DNA of 64,000 bases from Myxococcota bacterium (GTDB lineage: Bacteria; Myxococcota_A; UBA796; SXON01), in contig JAZKFH010000015.1 of NCBI GenBank assembly GCA_040386535.1, positions 297,114 through 361,113 of the forward strand, given 5' to 3'. Below, one piece after another: positions 30,270-39,724 of the stretch (position 1 is the stretch's first letter; every line of letters begins with the position of its first letter). The translations under genes were made by a program, and so were the position numbers. The notes beneath the pieces were generated by a model that saw nothing but the letters and a program-made list of their open reading frames with translations, was not told where the DNA came from and did not search any database.

Positions 30270-31742
30270 ATGCGCGCTTCCCTTGCCCTTCTCGTACTGC
30301 TCGCCGCCTGCACCGGAACCGACGACAAGCCGACGGACACCGCCGGTGATTCGGATACGGACGGCGACACCGATCTGCCGACCGACGACACGGGCACCGC
30401 GGACCCGCATGCGCCCTCCAAGCCCGAGATCGTGATTGCGCCTGCCGCCCCTCCGGCGGGGGTCGGGTTTTCGGTAGTCATGGTCACGCCATCGGTGGAT
30501 CCGGACGGGGATCTCGTGGCCTACCGCTACGCGTGGACCGAGAACGGCACCCTCCGCGCCGACCTGGTCGGCGAGGCCGTCGCCGGCACCGAGACCGCGG
30601 ACGGGGAGAGCTGGGCGGTGACTGTCACCCCTACCGACGGCACGCTGGACGGCACCCCCGCCACGGCGACGGTCACCATCGGCGGCAACAGCGCGCCCTC
30701 GGCCTTCGGCGTCACCTTCTCCCCGGCCCTCCCGCTCGACGGCGAGGACTTCTCCATCGTGCTCGATCCGGCGCCGGTCGACCCCGACGGGGATCCGCTC
30801 ACCGTGTCGGTCACCTGGTGGGAGGACGAGTCGCTCAACACGGTCCACACCGACAAGCTCACCATCGAGGGCCGCTACGTCAGCGGCGGCGAACAGTACC
30901 GCGCCATCGTGTCCGTGACCGACGGCTACCACGAGCCCGTCGTCGCGGAGGGCACGGTCACCGTGGCGAACAACCCGCCCGAGATCACCTCGGTGCGCGT
31001 GGAGCCGACCAACCCCGCCGACGCCCAGGACCTCGTCGTGACCGCGCGCGCCACCGACCCCGACGGGAGCGACGTGACGTTCGCCTACGCCTGGTATCGT
31101 GACGGCGTCGAGGCCACCGACGTGGGGAACACGGACACCGTGCCCGCCGCCGCCACGCAGGTCGACGAGACCTGGTACGTCGTCGTGACCGCCTCGGACG
31201 GCGGCGACGAGGTCAGCGCCACCTCCGACAGCGTCACCGTCATCCCGTTCGACGGGATGATCTACGCGCAGAGCTTCACCGCGCGCATCGCGCCGGGCGG
31301 GGCGACGGGGACGGGGACCTTCGCGTACGAGATGTTGACCCACGGCGAACGCATCGGGGACAACGAGTGCGCGCTGCAATGGGACGCGGCCTTGACCGAG
31401 GATGCCCGCGTGTGCCCCGGCTGCGAATACTCGTTCGACGTGGCGTTCACGTACGACGCGGCCGGATCGACGGCAGGGAGCGGCCGGGACTGCGAGTCGC
31501 TCGCGGATGACGCCGACGGCATCATGACCTACACGTCCCGTCGCACCTACTTCACGGTGAACCTCTACTCGACGGACTACTACGGCTCCGCGTACATGAG
31601 CATGAGCGGCACCGGCAGCTACACCTACGACGGCACGTACTCCTACGACTACAGCAACTACGGCATCACCCAGGAGACGGACACCGCGGGCTACACGACG
31701 TTCACCGCGTTCGAGACCATCCGGCGGTTCTACTACCGGTAA
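30270..31742 (+). CDS. Lipoprotein with tandem Ig-like/cadherin-like domains
   Basis: LAAC lipobox; three D-P-D-G-[DS]...W repeats with N.PP linkers; Tyr-rich C-terminus. Confidence 0.8.
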   Translation: MRASLALLVLLAACTGTDDKPTDTAGDSDTDGDTDLPTDDTGTADPHAPSKPEIVIAPAAPPAGVGFSVVMVTPSVDPDGDLVAYRYAWTENGTLRADLVGEAVAGTETADGESWAVTVTPTDGTLDGTPATATVTIGGNSAPSAFGVTFSPALPLDGEDFSIVLDPAPVDPDGDPLTVSVTWWEDESLNTVHTDKLTIEGRYVSGGEQYRAIVSVTDGYHEPVVAEGTVTVANNPPEITSVRVEPTNPADAQDLVVTARATDPDGSDVTFAYAWYRDGVEATDVGNTDTVPAAATQVDETWYVVVTASDGGDEVSATSDSVTVIPFDGMIYAQSFTARIAPGGATGTGTFAYEMLTHGERIGDNECALQWDAALTEDARVCPGCEYSFDVAFTYDAAGSTAGSGRDCESLADDADGIMTYTSRRTYFTVNLYSTDYYGSAYMSMSGTGSYTYDGTYSYDYSNYGITQETDTAGYTTFTAFETIRRFYYR

Positions 31743-31779
31743 CGAGCGTGTTCGGAGTGGAAGCTGGTAGCATCCACCC

Positions 31780-33789
31780 ATGTTCGCACGGGTGACTTGG
31801 GTGATGCTTGGTTTGCCGGCGTGTGGGGGGCCTGGAAGCCCCCCCGCCGACCGGCCCTCCGACTCCGGCTCCCGCGACTCCGGCTCCGCCGACGATCCCG
31901 ACGCCTGCGCGCTCGTCGCGCCCCCGGCATTGGACGCGGACACCTGGACCGCGGCGGGCCCGGTCCCCGCCAACGGATTCCTGACGCTCGCCAGCGACGG
32001 GGGGGCCCCGGTGTACGTCGGGTCCCACACCACCGGCCTCTGGGTGGCGGACGACACCCTGGCCTGGGACGCCGTCGTGGTCGACATCACCCACACCCTC
32101 GCCGAATTGGCGCTCCGGCCCGGCGATCCGTCGCACCTGTTCCGCTCGGCGGGCGGAAACCTGACACGCACGCGGGATGGCGGCGCCAGCTGGGACAAGC
32201 TCGCGCTCGGCCTCGTGGACGGTTCGGGCTCCGAGGACCCGGTCTGGGCGGTCGCGACGACCCCGTGGAGCCCGGATCGTGTGCTCGCCCTGCAGAAGAG
32301 CGGCGCGGCCACGCTCTCCACGGACGACGGGGACACGTTCGTGTCTCGCGGCTACGCGCCCATCCACGAGCCGCCGATGGCCGAGGACCCGTTCCAGACC
32401 TACGCCTGGCGCGTGCTCCCGGAGGCCGCGGAGGGCGGCCGCGTCGTGTTCGGCGACGGCTTCGGCGTGGCCGTCTCGGACGACGAGATGGGCGGCTGGC
32501 TCCGCACCCTCGACACCCCGCTGGGCGGCTACTCGCTGCTGCGCGATCCGCGCGACCCGCGGCACGTCATCGTCGGCGGGCCCGACGGGCTCTACGTCTC
32601 CACCGACGAGGGCTCCACGTGGTCCATCCAGGACATCGGCGGGGACGTGATCCTCGGCGCCTGGGCCCGCGACGGCTCGTGGCTGGCGCTCGTCGGCAAC
32701 ACGGAGGTGTACGTCTCGACCGACGCCGGCCATACCTTCGCCGCCCGGGCCCACGGCGTGCTCCACCCCTCCGCGATGGCGCTGCTCGACGACGGCCGGC
32801 TCCTGCTCACCCATCACAGCGGCCTCGTCGTGAGCGCCGACCGTGGCGCCACGTGGACGGACGCGGCCGCGGGCCTCGAGGACCGCGGGATGGCGGTGGT
32901 GGTGCCGCACCCGACGTGCGCGTCGCGCGTGTTCACCGGGAGCCGCTGCAGCGGCGGGCTGTCGCGCTCCGAGGACTACGGCGCCACCTGGTCGAACGTG
33001 TCCCACTACCTCCACTACGTCATGGGCCTGCACTTCGACCCCTCCGTGGAGAGCCGCGTGTGGGCCGTCTCGGATGACCGGCTGCTGGTGAGTGACGACG
33101 GCGGCGCCACGTGGGAGGAGCGGGTCCGGCGCTACCACTTCCACGGGTTCGTCCTGCACCCGGACAATCCCGACGTGCTCCTGCTCGGCAGCGTGGGCGG
33201 CGGCGAATGGGCTGACGCGTCCGCGCGGGTCTACCGCAGCGACGACGGCGGCGAGACCTGGGCCGACAGCTCGACGGGCCTGCCCGACACGGACGCCTCC
33301 GCGCACGTGCTACTGCGGTGGCCGGGCGCGCCGGACGTGGTGCTGCTCGGCACCTACAAGGGCGGCGGCGTGTCCCATGCCACCGGCGTGGGCGTCGGGC
33401 TGTTCCGCTCCACGGACGGCGGCGCCAGCTGGGCGCAGGCGGAGTTGGATGTCACCAACGTGGCGGGCCTCGTGGCGACGCCGGACGCCGTTTACGCCGC
33501 CACGGGCGCGGGGATCTGGCGCTCGGACGACCTCGGGGTGACCTGGGCGCAGATGGCCGGGCCCACGGGCGCCGTGCTGACCCTCGCCCTCCATGACGAC
33601 GTGGGGCTGGCCCTCGGCGAGGACGGCACGGTGTGGAAGAGCGGCGACGGCGGAGCGACGTGGGTGGAGCACGACACCGGCGTCGCGAAGAACCCCACCA
33701 CCTCGCTCGCCCAGGCCGCGATCTCGGCGGACGGCGCGGTGGGGTACATCACGGTGTTCGACCACGGGGTGTGGCGCATCGGCTTGTGA
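31780..33789 (+). CDS. BNR/Asp-box beta-propeller lipoprotein (VPS10/sialidase-like fold)
   Basis: Many S.D.G.TW Asp-box repeats; LPAC lipobox. Confidence 0.85.
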   Translation: MFARVTWVMLGLPACGGPGSPPADRPSDSGSRDSGSADDPDACALVAPPALDADTWTAAGPVPANGFLTLASDGGAPVYVGSHTTGLWVADDTLAWDAVVVDITHTLAELALRPGDPSHLFRSAGGNLTRTRDGGASWDKLALGLVDGSGSEDPVWAVATTPWSPDRVLALQKSGAATLSTDDGDTFVSRGYAPIHEPPMAEDPFQTYAWRVLPEAAEGGRVVFGDGFGVAVSDDEMGGWLRTLDTPLGGYSLLRDPRDPRHVIVGGPDGLYVSTDEGSTWSIQDIGGDVILGAWARDGSWLALVGNTEVYVSTDAGHTFAARAHGVLHPSAMALLDDGRLLLTHHSGLVVSADRGATWTDAAAGLEDRGMAVVVPHPTCASRVFTGSRCSGGLSRSEDYGATWSNVSHYLHYVMGLHFDPSVESRVWAVSDDRLLVSDDGGATWEERVRRYHFHGFVLHPDNPDVLLLGSVGGGEWADASARVYRSDDGGETWADSSTGLPDTDASAHVLLRWPGAPDVVLLGTYKGGGVSHATGVGVGLFRSTDGGASWAQAELDVTNVAGLVATPDAVYAATGAGIWRSDDLGVTWAQMAGPTGAVLTLALHDDVGLALGEDGTVWKSGDGGATWVEHDTGVAKNPTTSLAQAAISADGAVGYITVFDHGVWRIGL

Positions 33790-33826
33790 GGCCGGTGGCT
33801 TGCCCGAGTTGTCACGCCCAGGGTTG

Positions 33827-34792
33827 CTACGCGCGCGAGAGGATCCCGGTCAGGCAACCCAACGCGCCAGCGGCCTTGACGTACTCGGACACCTCGACGG
33901 GGTGGCACTCGACGCCGTGGGCCTCGTAGCGTGCCATGGTGCGCGGGCAGCGCGCGGGCATCACGATACGGCCGGGTGCCAATGTCACGAAATTCATCGC
34001 GCGGAGGTCCTCGGTCTCGGTGTCGCTCCCAAGCTCGATGAGCTCGATGGCACCGCCGGACGAGGTGCGCAGGGCGTCGCGGAGGGAAGGGGTCACGTGC
34101 GCGGACAACACGGCGGCGAGATCGGGCCGGATGAGGTTGACCACGCCCAGCAGGTGCTGCACGCCCGCGCCCACCTCGACCGGGACCACGCGCACACCCA
34201 TGTCGGCGAGCACGGGCGTGATCTGGCGCACCGCGGCGTCGTTCGTGCGCTTGCCGACGCCGATGAGCACGGTCTGCTCGTCGAGCCACATCGCGTCGGC
34301 GCCCTCGAACAGCGCCTCGCCGCGCGGGGTGAGCAGGATGGGCACCCCAAGCGACGCGAGCGCCTCGGCGGTGCCACGCTCCTCGCCGGCACGCTGGCGG
34401 GCGGCCATGCGCGCGAGGATGGCGCCCTCGGGCGTCATGAAGAACAGATCACATTGGAACAGGTGGTTCGGCTTGGGAGCGGCGGGCCGGAACAGGTGAG
34501 GTGTAACCCCCTGCGAACGGTAGAACGTCGCGAGCGCCTCGGTCTGCGCGCGGAGCGTGGGCAGGTGGGGGCGATCCAACATCAACCACGCGTCCGGATC
34601 CTCGGGGTACTCCTGCTCCTCGCCGGGGAGGGCCAGCAGCACGTCCCGCAGCGGGGCTACGTGGGAGCGCACCGCGTAGGGAGCCCACACCGTGCCGATC
34701 TCCGCGGCATGGGTCGCCGCGCGGGGCTCCCAGCCGGGGCCGCCGAGGGTGGAGGGGAGGGCGTCAGGTCCAGGTTGCGGGGTCGGGTGCAT
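33827..34792 (-). CDS. Amidinotransferase/dimethylargininase (pentein) family enzyme
   Basis: LFQCD, RAGEE, FEGAD, RTN, QHLLG, AMNFVTL, C-terminal GALGCLT; start ATG 34792. Confidence 0.87.
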   Translation of the reverse strand: MHPTPQPGPDALPSTLGGPGWEPRAATHAAEIGTVWAPYAVRSHVAPLRDVLLALPGEEQEYPEDPDAWLMLDRPHLPTLRAQTEALATFYRSQGVTPHLFRPAAPKPNHLFQCDLFFMTPEGAILARMAARQRAGEERGTAEALASLGVPILLTPRGEALFEGADAMWLDEQTVLIGVGKRTNDAAVRQITPVLADMGVRVVPVEVGAGVQHLLGVVNLIRPDLAAVLSAHVTPSLRDALRTSSGGAIELIELGSDTETEDLRAMNFVTLAPGRIVMPARCPRTMARYEAHGVECHPVEVSEYVKAAGALGCLTGILSRA

Positions 34793-36137
34793 AACCAAGT
34801 CGCTCCATGAGCTCGCGCGAGGTGGGATCGGACAGGACGGGGGAGAGCAGGTCGGCCCGCTTGAACCAACGTCGGCGCCGCGGCGCCTCGGTCGCCATGA
34901 CGGCCGGGAGCGCGCCGGCGAGCACGGTGGCGAGCGGCTCGTCCATCGTGATGCCGAGCCAGCGGGTGAGCGCCCCGAACAGGTCTTCCCGGCGCTCGCG
35001 CGTCCCGACGACATCCTCGAAGCGGAGGCGCAACACGTGGTCACGACGCGCCGAGTCCGCCTCGGCCCAATCGAGCAGGGCCCGGTGGGCGGAGCGCCAC
35101 TGGAACGCGCACACCTCTTCGAGGCCGCGGTGGGTCCAGGCCTCCCACTCGGGCGGCAGATCGAACTTCCACCACCGCGCGCCCCACGCGGGGAAGGTGT
35201 CGGTGTAGCCGCCGATTTGGAGCGGCACGGAGACGGCGTGGGAGTAGAAGCCGGGGAACCGCCACCCGTCGTAGAGCCCGTTCACGCTCGCGGCGACGTT
35301 GCGGGTGAGGTGGAGGAGCTTGATCTCGGCGTTGGGGAACAGCGCCTGGAGGAAGGGGAGGCGGTAGGCGTTGCTCGGCGTCTTCACGACGACGGGGCGA
35401 GTGGCGAGGGCCTCGACGGACGCGCGCCGCCACGGCACGATCGGCACGAACGGCGGCTCCTCGACGAGCAACGGGGACGGCGGGCCGGCGGGGAGGGGCG
35501 CGCCGGGGTCGCAGCGCTCGACCAGCGCGCGGGACAGGTCGTAGTAGTGGGCGTTGATCGACGGGTACACGCGGCGCATCCGCGCCAGGAACAACGCGTG
35601 GAACAACGAGGCGTCGGGGAAGCCGCCGAGGGGCCACCCGTGCTGATCGTGGAGCTCCGCGAGCGTGGCGGTGGCGGCGGCGCGCACCTCGGGCAGGGCG
35701 ACCGGCACGGTGGGCCACTGCATCGTGAGCCGCACCGCGAGGTCGACCACGAAGCGGGCCACGCTCTCGGCGTCGGGGAGCACGTCGAGGGCGGTGCCGC
35801 AGTCGAACGCGAGGTCGGCGGAGAGCGCGTCCAGATCGGGCCCGCTCGGCGCGTGGCGGGCCTCGAGCGCGTCGGAGCCGGCGCCGCTCTCGGGCCAGGC
35901 GAGGCCGGCGAGCACGAAGAAGGGGTTCACCTCGGCCCGGAAGTGGAGCAGCTGCGGGGTCCGCCGGAGGATCTCCGCGAAGATGCTCGAGCCGCCCCGC
36001 GAGCTCGATCCGATGACCACGACGGTGCGGACGCGCTCGCGGAAGCGGTCGGCGCCGCCGTCGTAGCCGGGCTCGCTCCGCAGGGCGTGGAGGCGGGCGC
36101 GGACATCGGCGAGGAGGGACGCGGGCTCAGCCGACAT
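34764..36137 (-). CDS. Sulfotransferase-like P-loop protein
   Basis: IGSSSRGGSS, VKTPSN, HLTRN..ASVNGL, CAFQW, LRFEDVV, LMERLGY; start ATG 36137. Confidence 0.7.
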   Translation of the reverse strand: MSAEPASLLADVRARLHALRSEPGYDGGADRFRERVRTVVVIGSSSRGGSSIFAEILRRTPQLLHFRAEVNPFFVLAGLAWPESGAGSDALEARHAPSGPDLDALSADLAFDCGTALDVLPDAESVARFVVDLAVRLTMQWPTVPVALPEVRAAATATLAELHDQHGWPLGGFPDASLFHALFLARMRRVYPSINAHYYDLSRALVERCDPGAPLPAGPPSPLLVEEPPFVPIVPWRRASVEALATRPVVVKTPSNAYRLPFLQALFPNAEIKLLHLTRNVAASVNGLYDGWRFPGFYSHAVSVPLQIGGYTDTFPAWGARWWKFDLPPEWEAWTHRGLEEVCAFQWRSAHRALLDWAEADSARRDHVLRLRFEDVVGTRERREDLFGALTRWLGITMDEPLATVLAGALPAVMATEAPRRRRWFKRADLLSPVLSDPTSRELMERLGYAPDPATWT

Positions 36138-37173
36138 GGGCGCCCGCGAAGGACGCGATCCGCAGGCGCCCCCGGAGCCCCGCCAACGTCCACGCGCGTG
36201 CCCAGCGCCGCCACACGTTCTTGTCCTTCCGGAGCGAGCGCAGCTCGATGCGCACGGTCTGGAGCGCCTCCGCGAGCCAGTATCCGCCGCGCTCGCCGGG
36301 CCCGATGCGCACGGCGGCGAGCTCCGCTGGCGTCGCGACGGGGGTGTACCCGAGACGCGCCATCTCGACGCTCGCCACGTGCTCCACGACCAGGCGCTCG
36401 CGCGGGGTGAGGCCGGTGCGCCATTGCTCCACGGAGGCCTTGGACACGGGCCGCCCGGTGTTGCCCCACGACTCGGAGAGGCTGGCGGACTTGCGCGCCT
36501 CGTCCGTCTCGAAGAAGCGGAGCATGGCGGGCTCGAAGTCCTCGCCGAGGAACGCGCAGATCTCCCGCACGGAGGCCTCGGGCTCGGCCACCAGCCGCTC
36601 GTAGTGGAGCAGGCGCATCGTGTCCGCCGGCAGCTCGTCGAGCCAGCGGAGGCCCACCGCCTGCTGATCGCGCCAGAGCTGCGCGGTGTAGTAGGGGTGG
36701 AACGTGCTGAAGACCGACTTGCGGGACGACACCGCCACGTCCCGCGGGTCCCGCACCAGGAACAGCAGGCGGGCCCCGGGAAACCGCGCGCGGATCTCCG
36801 GGATGTGGTCGACCATGAACGTGCTCTTGCAACCCCAGCGCGCCTTGCCGGTGTGCGCCCGGTACAGCTCCTGGAGCGCCACGTACACACCGAAGGTGGA
36901 GCGCGTCGGCGCAGTGCGCGCCACGACCGCGGGGTCGACCGGCACGTCCCACTGGTAGATGTGGGTGTCGAGCAGGCGCAGGATGTCGTCGACGAGGCGG
37001 CGGAACGCGGGATCCTTCGTCAGGTCGCCGTAGAGGGGCTCGAGCGGCGCGAAGTAACGGACCACGTGGGGCGGATGCGGCACCGCGATGCGGGAGTGGC
37101 TGTTGAGGATCAGCCGGAGCAGGTTCGACCCCGAGCGCTCGGTCCCGAGAATGAAGAGGGGGTCGTTCGCCAT
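36127..37173 (-). CDS. Sulfotransferase (Sulfotransfer_3-like)
   Basis: ILGTERSGSNLL..ILNSH, WGCKS, LVRDPRDVAVS, HYERLVAEP, MARLGY. Confidence 0.9.
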   Translation of the reverse strand: MANDPLFILGTERSGSNLLRLILNSHSRIAVPHPPHVVRYFAPLEPLYGDLTKDPAFRRLVDDILRLLDTHIYQWDVPVDPAVVARTAPTRSTFGVYVALQELYRAHTGKARWGCKSTFMVDHIPEIRARFPGARLLFLVRDPRDVAVSSRKSVFSTFHPYYTAQLWRDQQAVGLRWLDELPADTMRLLHYERLVAEPEASVREICAFLGEDFEPAMLRFFETDEARKSASLSESWGNTGRPVSKASVEQWRTGLTPRERLVVEHVASVEMARLGYTPVATPAELAAVRIGPGERGGYWLAEALQTVRIELRSLRKDKNVWRRWARAWTLAGLRGRLRIASFAGAHVG

Positions 37174-37223
37174 GTGCCCGCCCGCTCTATTGCCCGGCCC
37201 GGCGCTCGGCTACGCTTCGCGCC

Positions 37224-38051
37224 ATGGACATCGCCACGCAAACGGATCGGGCCGCCGAGCGCCTCACCGCCGCCCTCGTCGCGTCCGGGCTGAACCTCTC
37301 CGGGGTGGCGTCCGCCGCCGCGTGGGACGCCCGGATGCCGCCCGCCCGCCGTACGGACGCGCTCCTGCCCGGCGCCCGCTCGATCCTCGTGTTCGGGAAC
37401 GGCGGGGGCGCCCTCTGGGACGCGCTGCTGGCCGATCTGCGCCGCGACCCCCGCGGCCTCACGGAGGAGGAGCACCCCGTCGACGCGTTCGTGCGCCGCG
37501 CGGTCGCCGCCGCGGACCCGCTGCTCGGCACCGTGCGCCGGCGCTGGTTCTGGGCCTCGGCCGAGGCCGATCTTCACATCGACTTCCGGGTCCTCGCCGG
37601 GATGGCAGGCATGGGCGTGCAGAGCCGTCTCGGGCTGCTCATCGACCCGACGTGGGGCACCTGGATCGGCCTGCGTGCCGCCTGTTTCCTGGAGGCCGAC
37701 CTCCCTGAGAGCGCGCCCGCGTCGGTCGATCCGTGCGACGGCTGCCCCGCGCCGTGCGTGTCCGCGTGTGTCGGCGCCGCGTTCCCCAAGGGCACCTGGG
37801 ACGTGGACGCATGCTCGCGTTTCCACCGCGAGGACGATCTCTGCCAGCGGACCTGCGCGTCGCGACTGGCGTGCCCGGTCGGCGTGGAGCGCCGCTACAC
37901 CCCCGAACATTACGGCTACCACACGCACCGGGTGAGCGGCCGCGCGTGGCTCCGCGAGCACCTCGGGCTCGCGCCGGGCGCGGACCGCTTCGAGGGGATC
38001 GGCCCCCACTGGGGAGACTGGCGGGCGCGGGTGGACGTGAAGGGCGCATGA
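37224..38051 (+). CDS. QueG/CblC-like Fe-S (possibly cobalamin-binding) protein
   Basis: GNGGGALW, HPVD, SRLGLLIDPTWGTWIGLRA, CDGCPAPCVSAC, C..TCASRLACPVG. Confidence 0.7.
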   Translation: MDIATQTDRAAERLTAALVASGLNLSGVASAAAWDARMPPARRTDALLPGARSILVFGNGGGALWDALLADLRRDPRGLTEEEHPVDAFVRRAVAAADPLLGTVRRRWFWASAEADLHIDFRVLAGMAGMGVQSRLGLLIDPTWGTWIGLRAACFLEADLPESAPASVDPCDGCPAPCVSACVGAAFPKGTWDVDACSRFHREDDLCQRTCASRLACPVGVERRYTPEHYGYHTHRVSGRAWLREHLGLAPGADRFEGIGPHWGDWRARVDVKGA

Positions 38052-39724
38052 GCCCGCGGCGGTCGGCGGAGGCGGTCGTCCTCGGGGTGGGCCTCGCCGT
38101 GGGGCTGGGCCTCCTCGGCTTCGGCGTGTGGCGGATCGCGGACGGCACGGATGTGTCGACAGTCGCCCCTGTTTCATCCTCCGCGGCCACGCCGAGCGCC
38201 CCCGTCCGCGCCGGCGCGCTCGTCTGGACCGATCCCGCAGCCCCCACCGATGCGCCCGGTGGCGAGGCCGTGGCGGGCGCGGTGTGCCCCGGCTGCGACA
38301 TCGTGCTGATCACGGTCTGCTCGCTCCGCCAGGACCACGTGGGCGCCTACGGCGTGCACCCCGGTCTCACGCCGCGCATCGACGCGCTCGCGGCCGGCGG
38401 CGCCCGCTTCACCCGTGCGTACGCGGCGTCGAACTTCACGCTGGCGGGGTTGAGCGCGATCCTGACCGGCCGCTTCGGCAGCACGACCGGGGTGACCGGC
38501 TGGGACAAGGGCCTCGTGGCGGACGTGCCGACGTTGCCCGAGGCGCTTGGGCACTACGGCTACACCACCGCCGCCTTCACGATCGACGCGCCCTCCGGCT
38601 TTCGCCCGGACTACGGCTTGAACCGCGGGTTCTCGCGCATGGAGATCATCCCGGCGCCCCGTGACACCCCCGACGGCCGCATGACCAGCGGCCCCATCGG
38701 GGACGGCGGCGCCTCGGCCCTGCCCGTGCGGACGTGGCTCGCGGCCCAACCAGCGGACGCGCCCGTGTTCGCGATGTTCCACACGCGCACGGCCCATTTC
38801 CCGTTCGTGCTCGCCCCGCCCGAGCCGGGCACCGACCCCACCGGCGTGCTCCAGGGCCTGTGGGACGCCGGGAACGTCGGGAGCGCCAAGGCGCCGCAGG
38901 CCATGCCCGGCGCGGCGGGCGGCACCGCGCAGCGCGGCGTCGTGGCGTTGGCGGGGCCGGATCCGCTCCAGGTCCTCATGGACGCCGCGGGGTCGGCGGG
39001 GGACGCGGCGTGGCGGCAGGCCTATGCCGACGCTGTCGCGCGCATGGACCTCGACGTGGGCGTGGTCCTCGACGCCGTGGCCGCGCGCGGGCGCCCCACG
39101 ATCGTGGCGCTCGTGGCCGATCACGGCGAGTCGTTGAACGACCACGGTGAGCTGCTCCACGGCGACGCGTACTGGGACTCGGTCGTGCGCGTCCCGCTGC
39201 TCCTCTCCGTGCCCGGGGCGCCACCCACGGTCGAGGACGCGCTCGTCAGCCATGTCGACCTCGCGCCCACCCTGCTCGAGCTCGTGGGCGCCGTGCCCCC
39301 CGCCGGCATCGACGGCACCTCGCTCGTCCCGCTCCTCGCCGGCCGCGCCGACGCCGTGCGTGGCACCACGCTCGTCGAAGGTGGCGTCGCGTGGCGCGAC
39401 AGCACGGTGCCCCGCGGCGCGGTGATCGCCCCGCCCTGGGCGATGTTGCGCCAGGACCGCGGCTGTGACACCCGGGGCCTCGCGCGCGCCCCCGGCCAAC
39501 CCGCCACGTGCCTCTACGACCTGGACGCCGACGTCCCCCAGGCGGCCAACCTTGCTGGCGCGCATCCCGACGTGATCGTCGATCTGCTCGCCCGGTGGGA
39601 CGGCTTCCGCGCCGCCCGCGCCGGCGAGGCGACCCAGCTCGTGCTCGATCCCGCCTACGTCGAGGCGCTCCACCGGACCGGGTACGACTTCCGCGTCGGC
39701 GGCACGGGCGCGGCCTCCGAATGA
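38048..39724 (+). CDS. Membrane-anchored sulfatase-like enzyme
   Basis: TM; ITVCSLRQD, SNFTLAGLSAILTG, ADHGESL, RVPL, DLAPT; ATGA overlaps at both ends. Confidence 0.82.
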   Translation: MSPRRSAEAVVLGVGLAVGLGLLGFGVWRIADGTDVSTVAPVSSSAATPSAPVRAGALVWTDPAAPTDAPGGEAVAGAVCPGCDIVLITVCSLRQDHVGAYGVHPGLTPRIDALAAGGARFTRAYAASNFTLAGLSAILTGRFGSTTGVTGWDKGLVADVPTLPEALGHYGYTTAAFTIDAPSGFRPDYGLNRGFSRMEIIPAPRDTPDGRMTSGPIGDGGASALPVRTWLAAQPADAPVFAMFHTRTAHFPFVLAPPEPGTDPTGVLQGLWDAGNVGSAKAPQAMPGAAGGTAQRGVVALAGPDPLQVLMDAAGSAGDAAWRQAYADAVARMDLDVGVVLDAVAARGRPTIVALVADHGESLNDHGELLHGDAYWDSVVRVPLLLSVPGAPPTVEDALVSHVDLAPTLLELVGAVPPAGIDGTSLVPLLAGRADAVRGTTLVEGGVAWRDSTVPRGAVIAPPWAMLRQDRGCDTRGLARAPGQPATCLYDLDADVPQAANLAGAHPDVIVDLLARWDGFRAARAGEATQLVLDPAYVEALHRTGYDFRVGGTGAASE

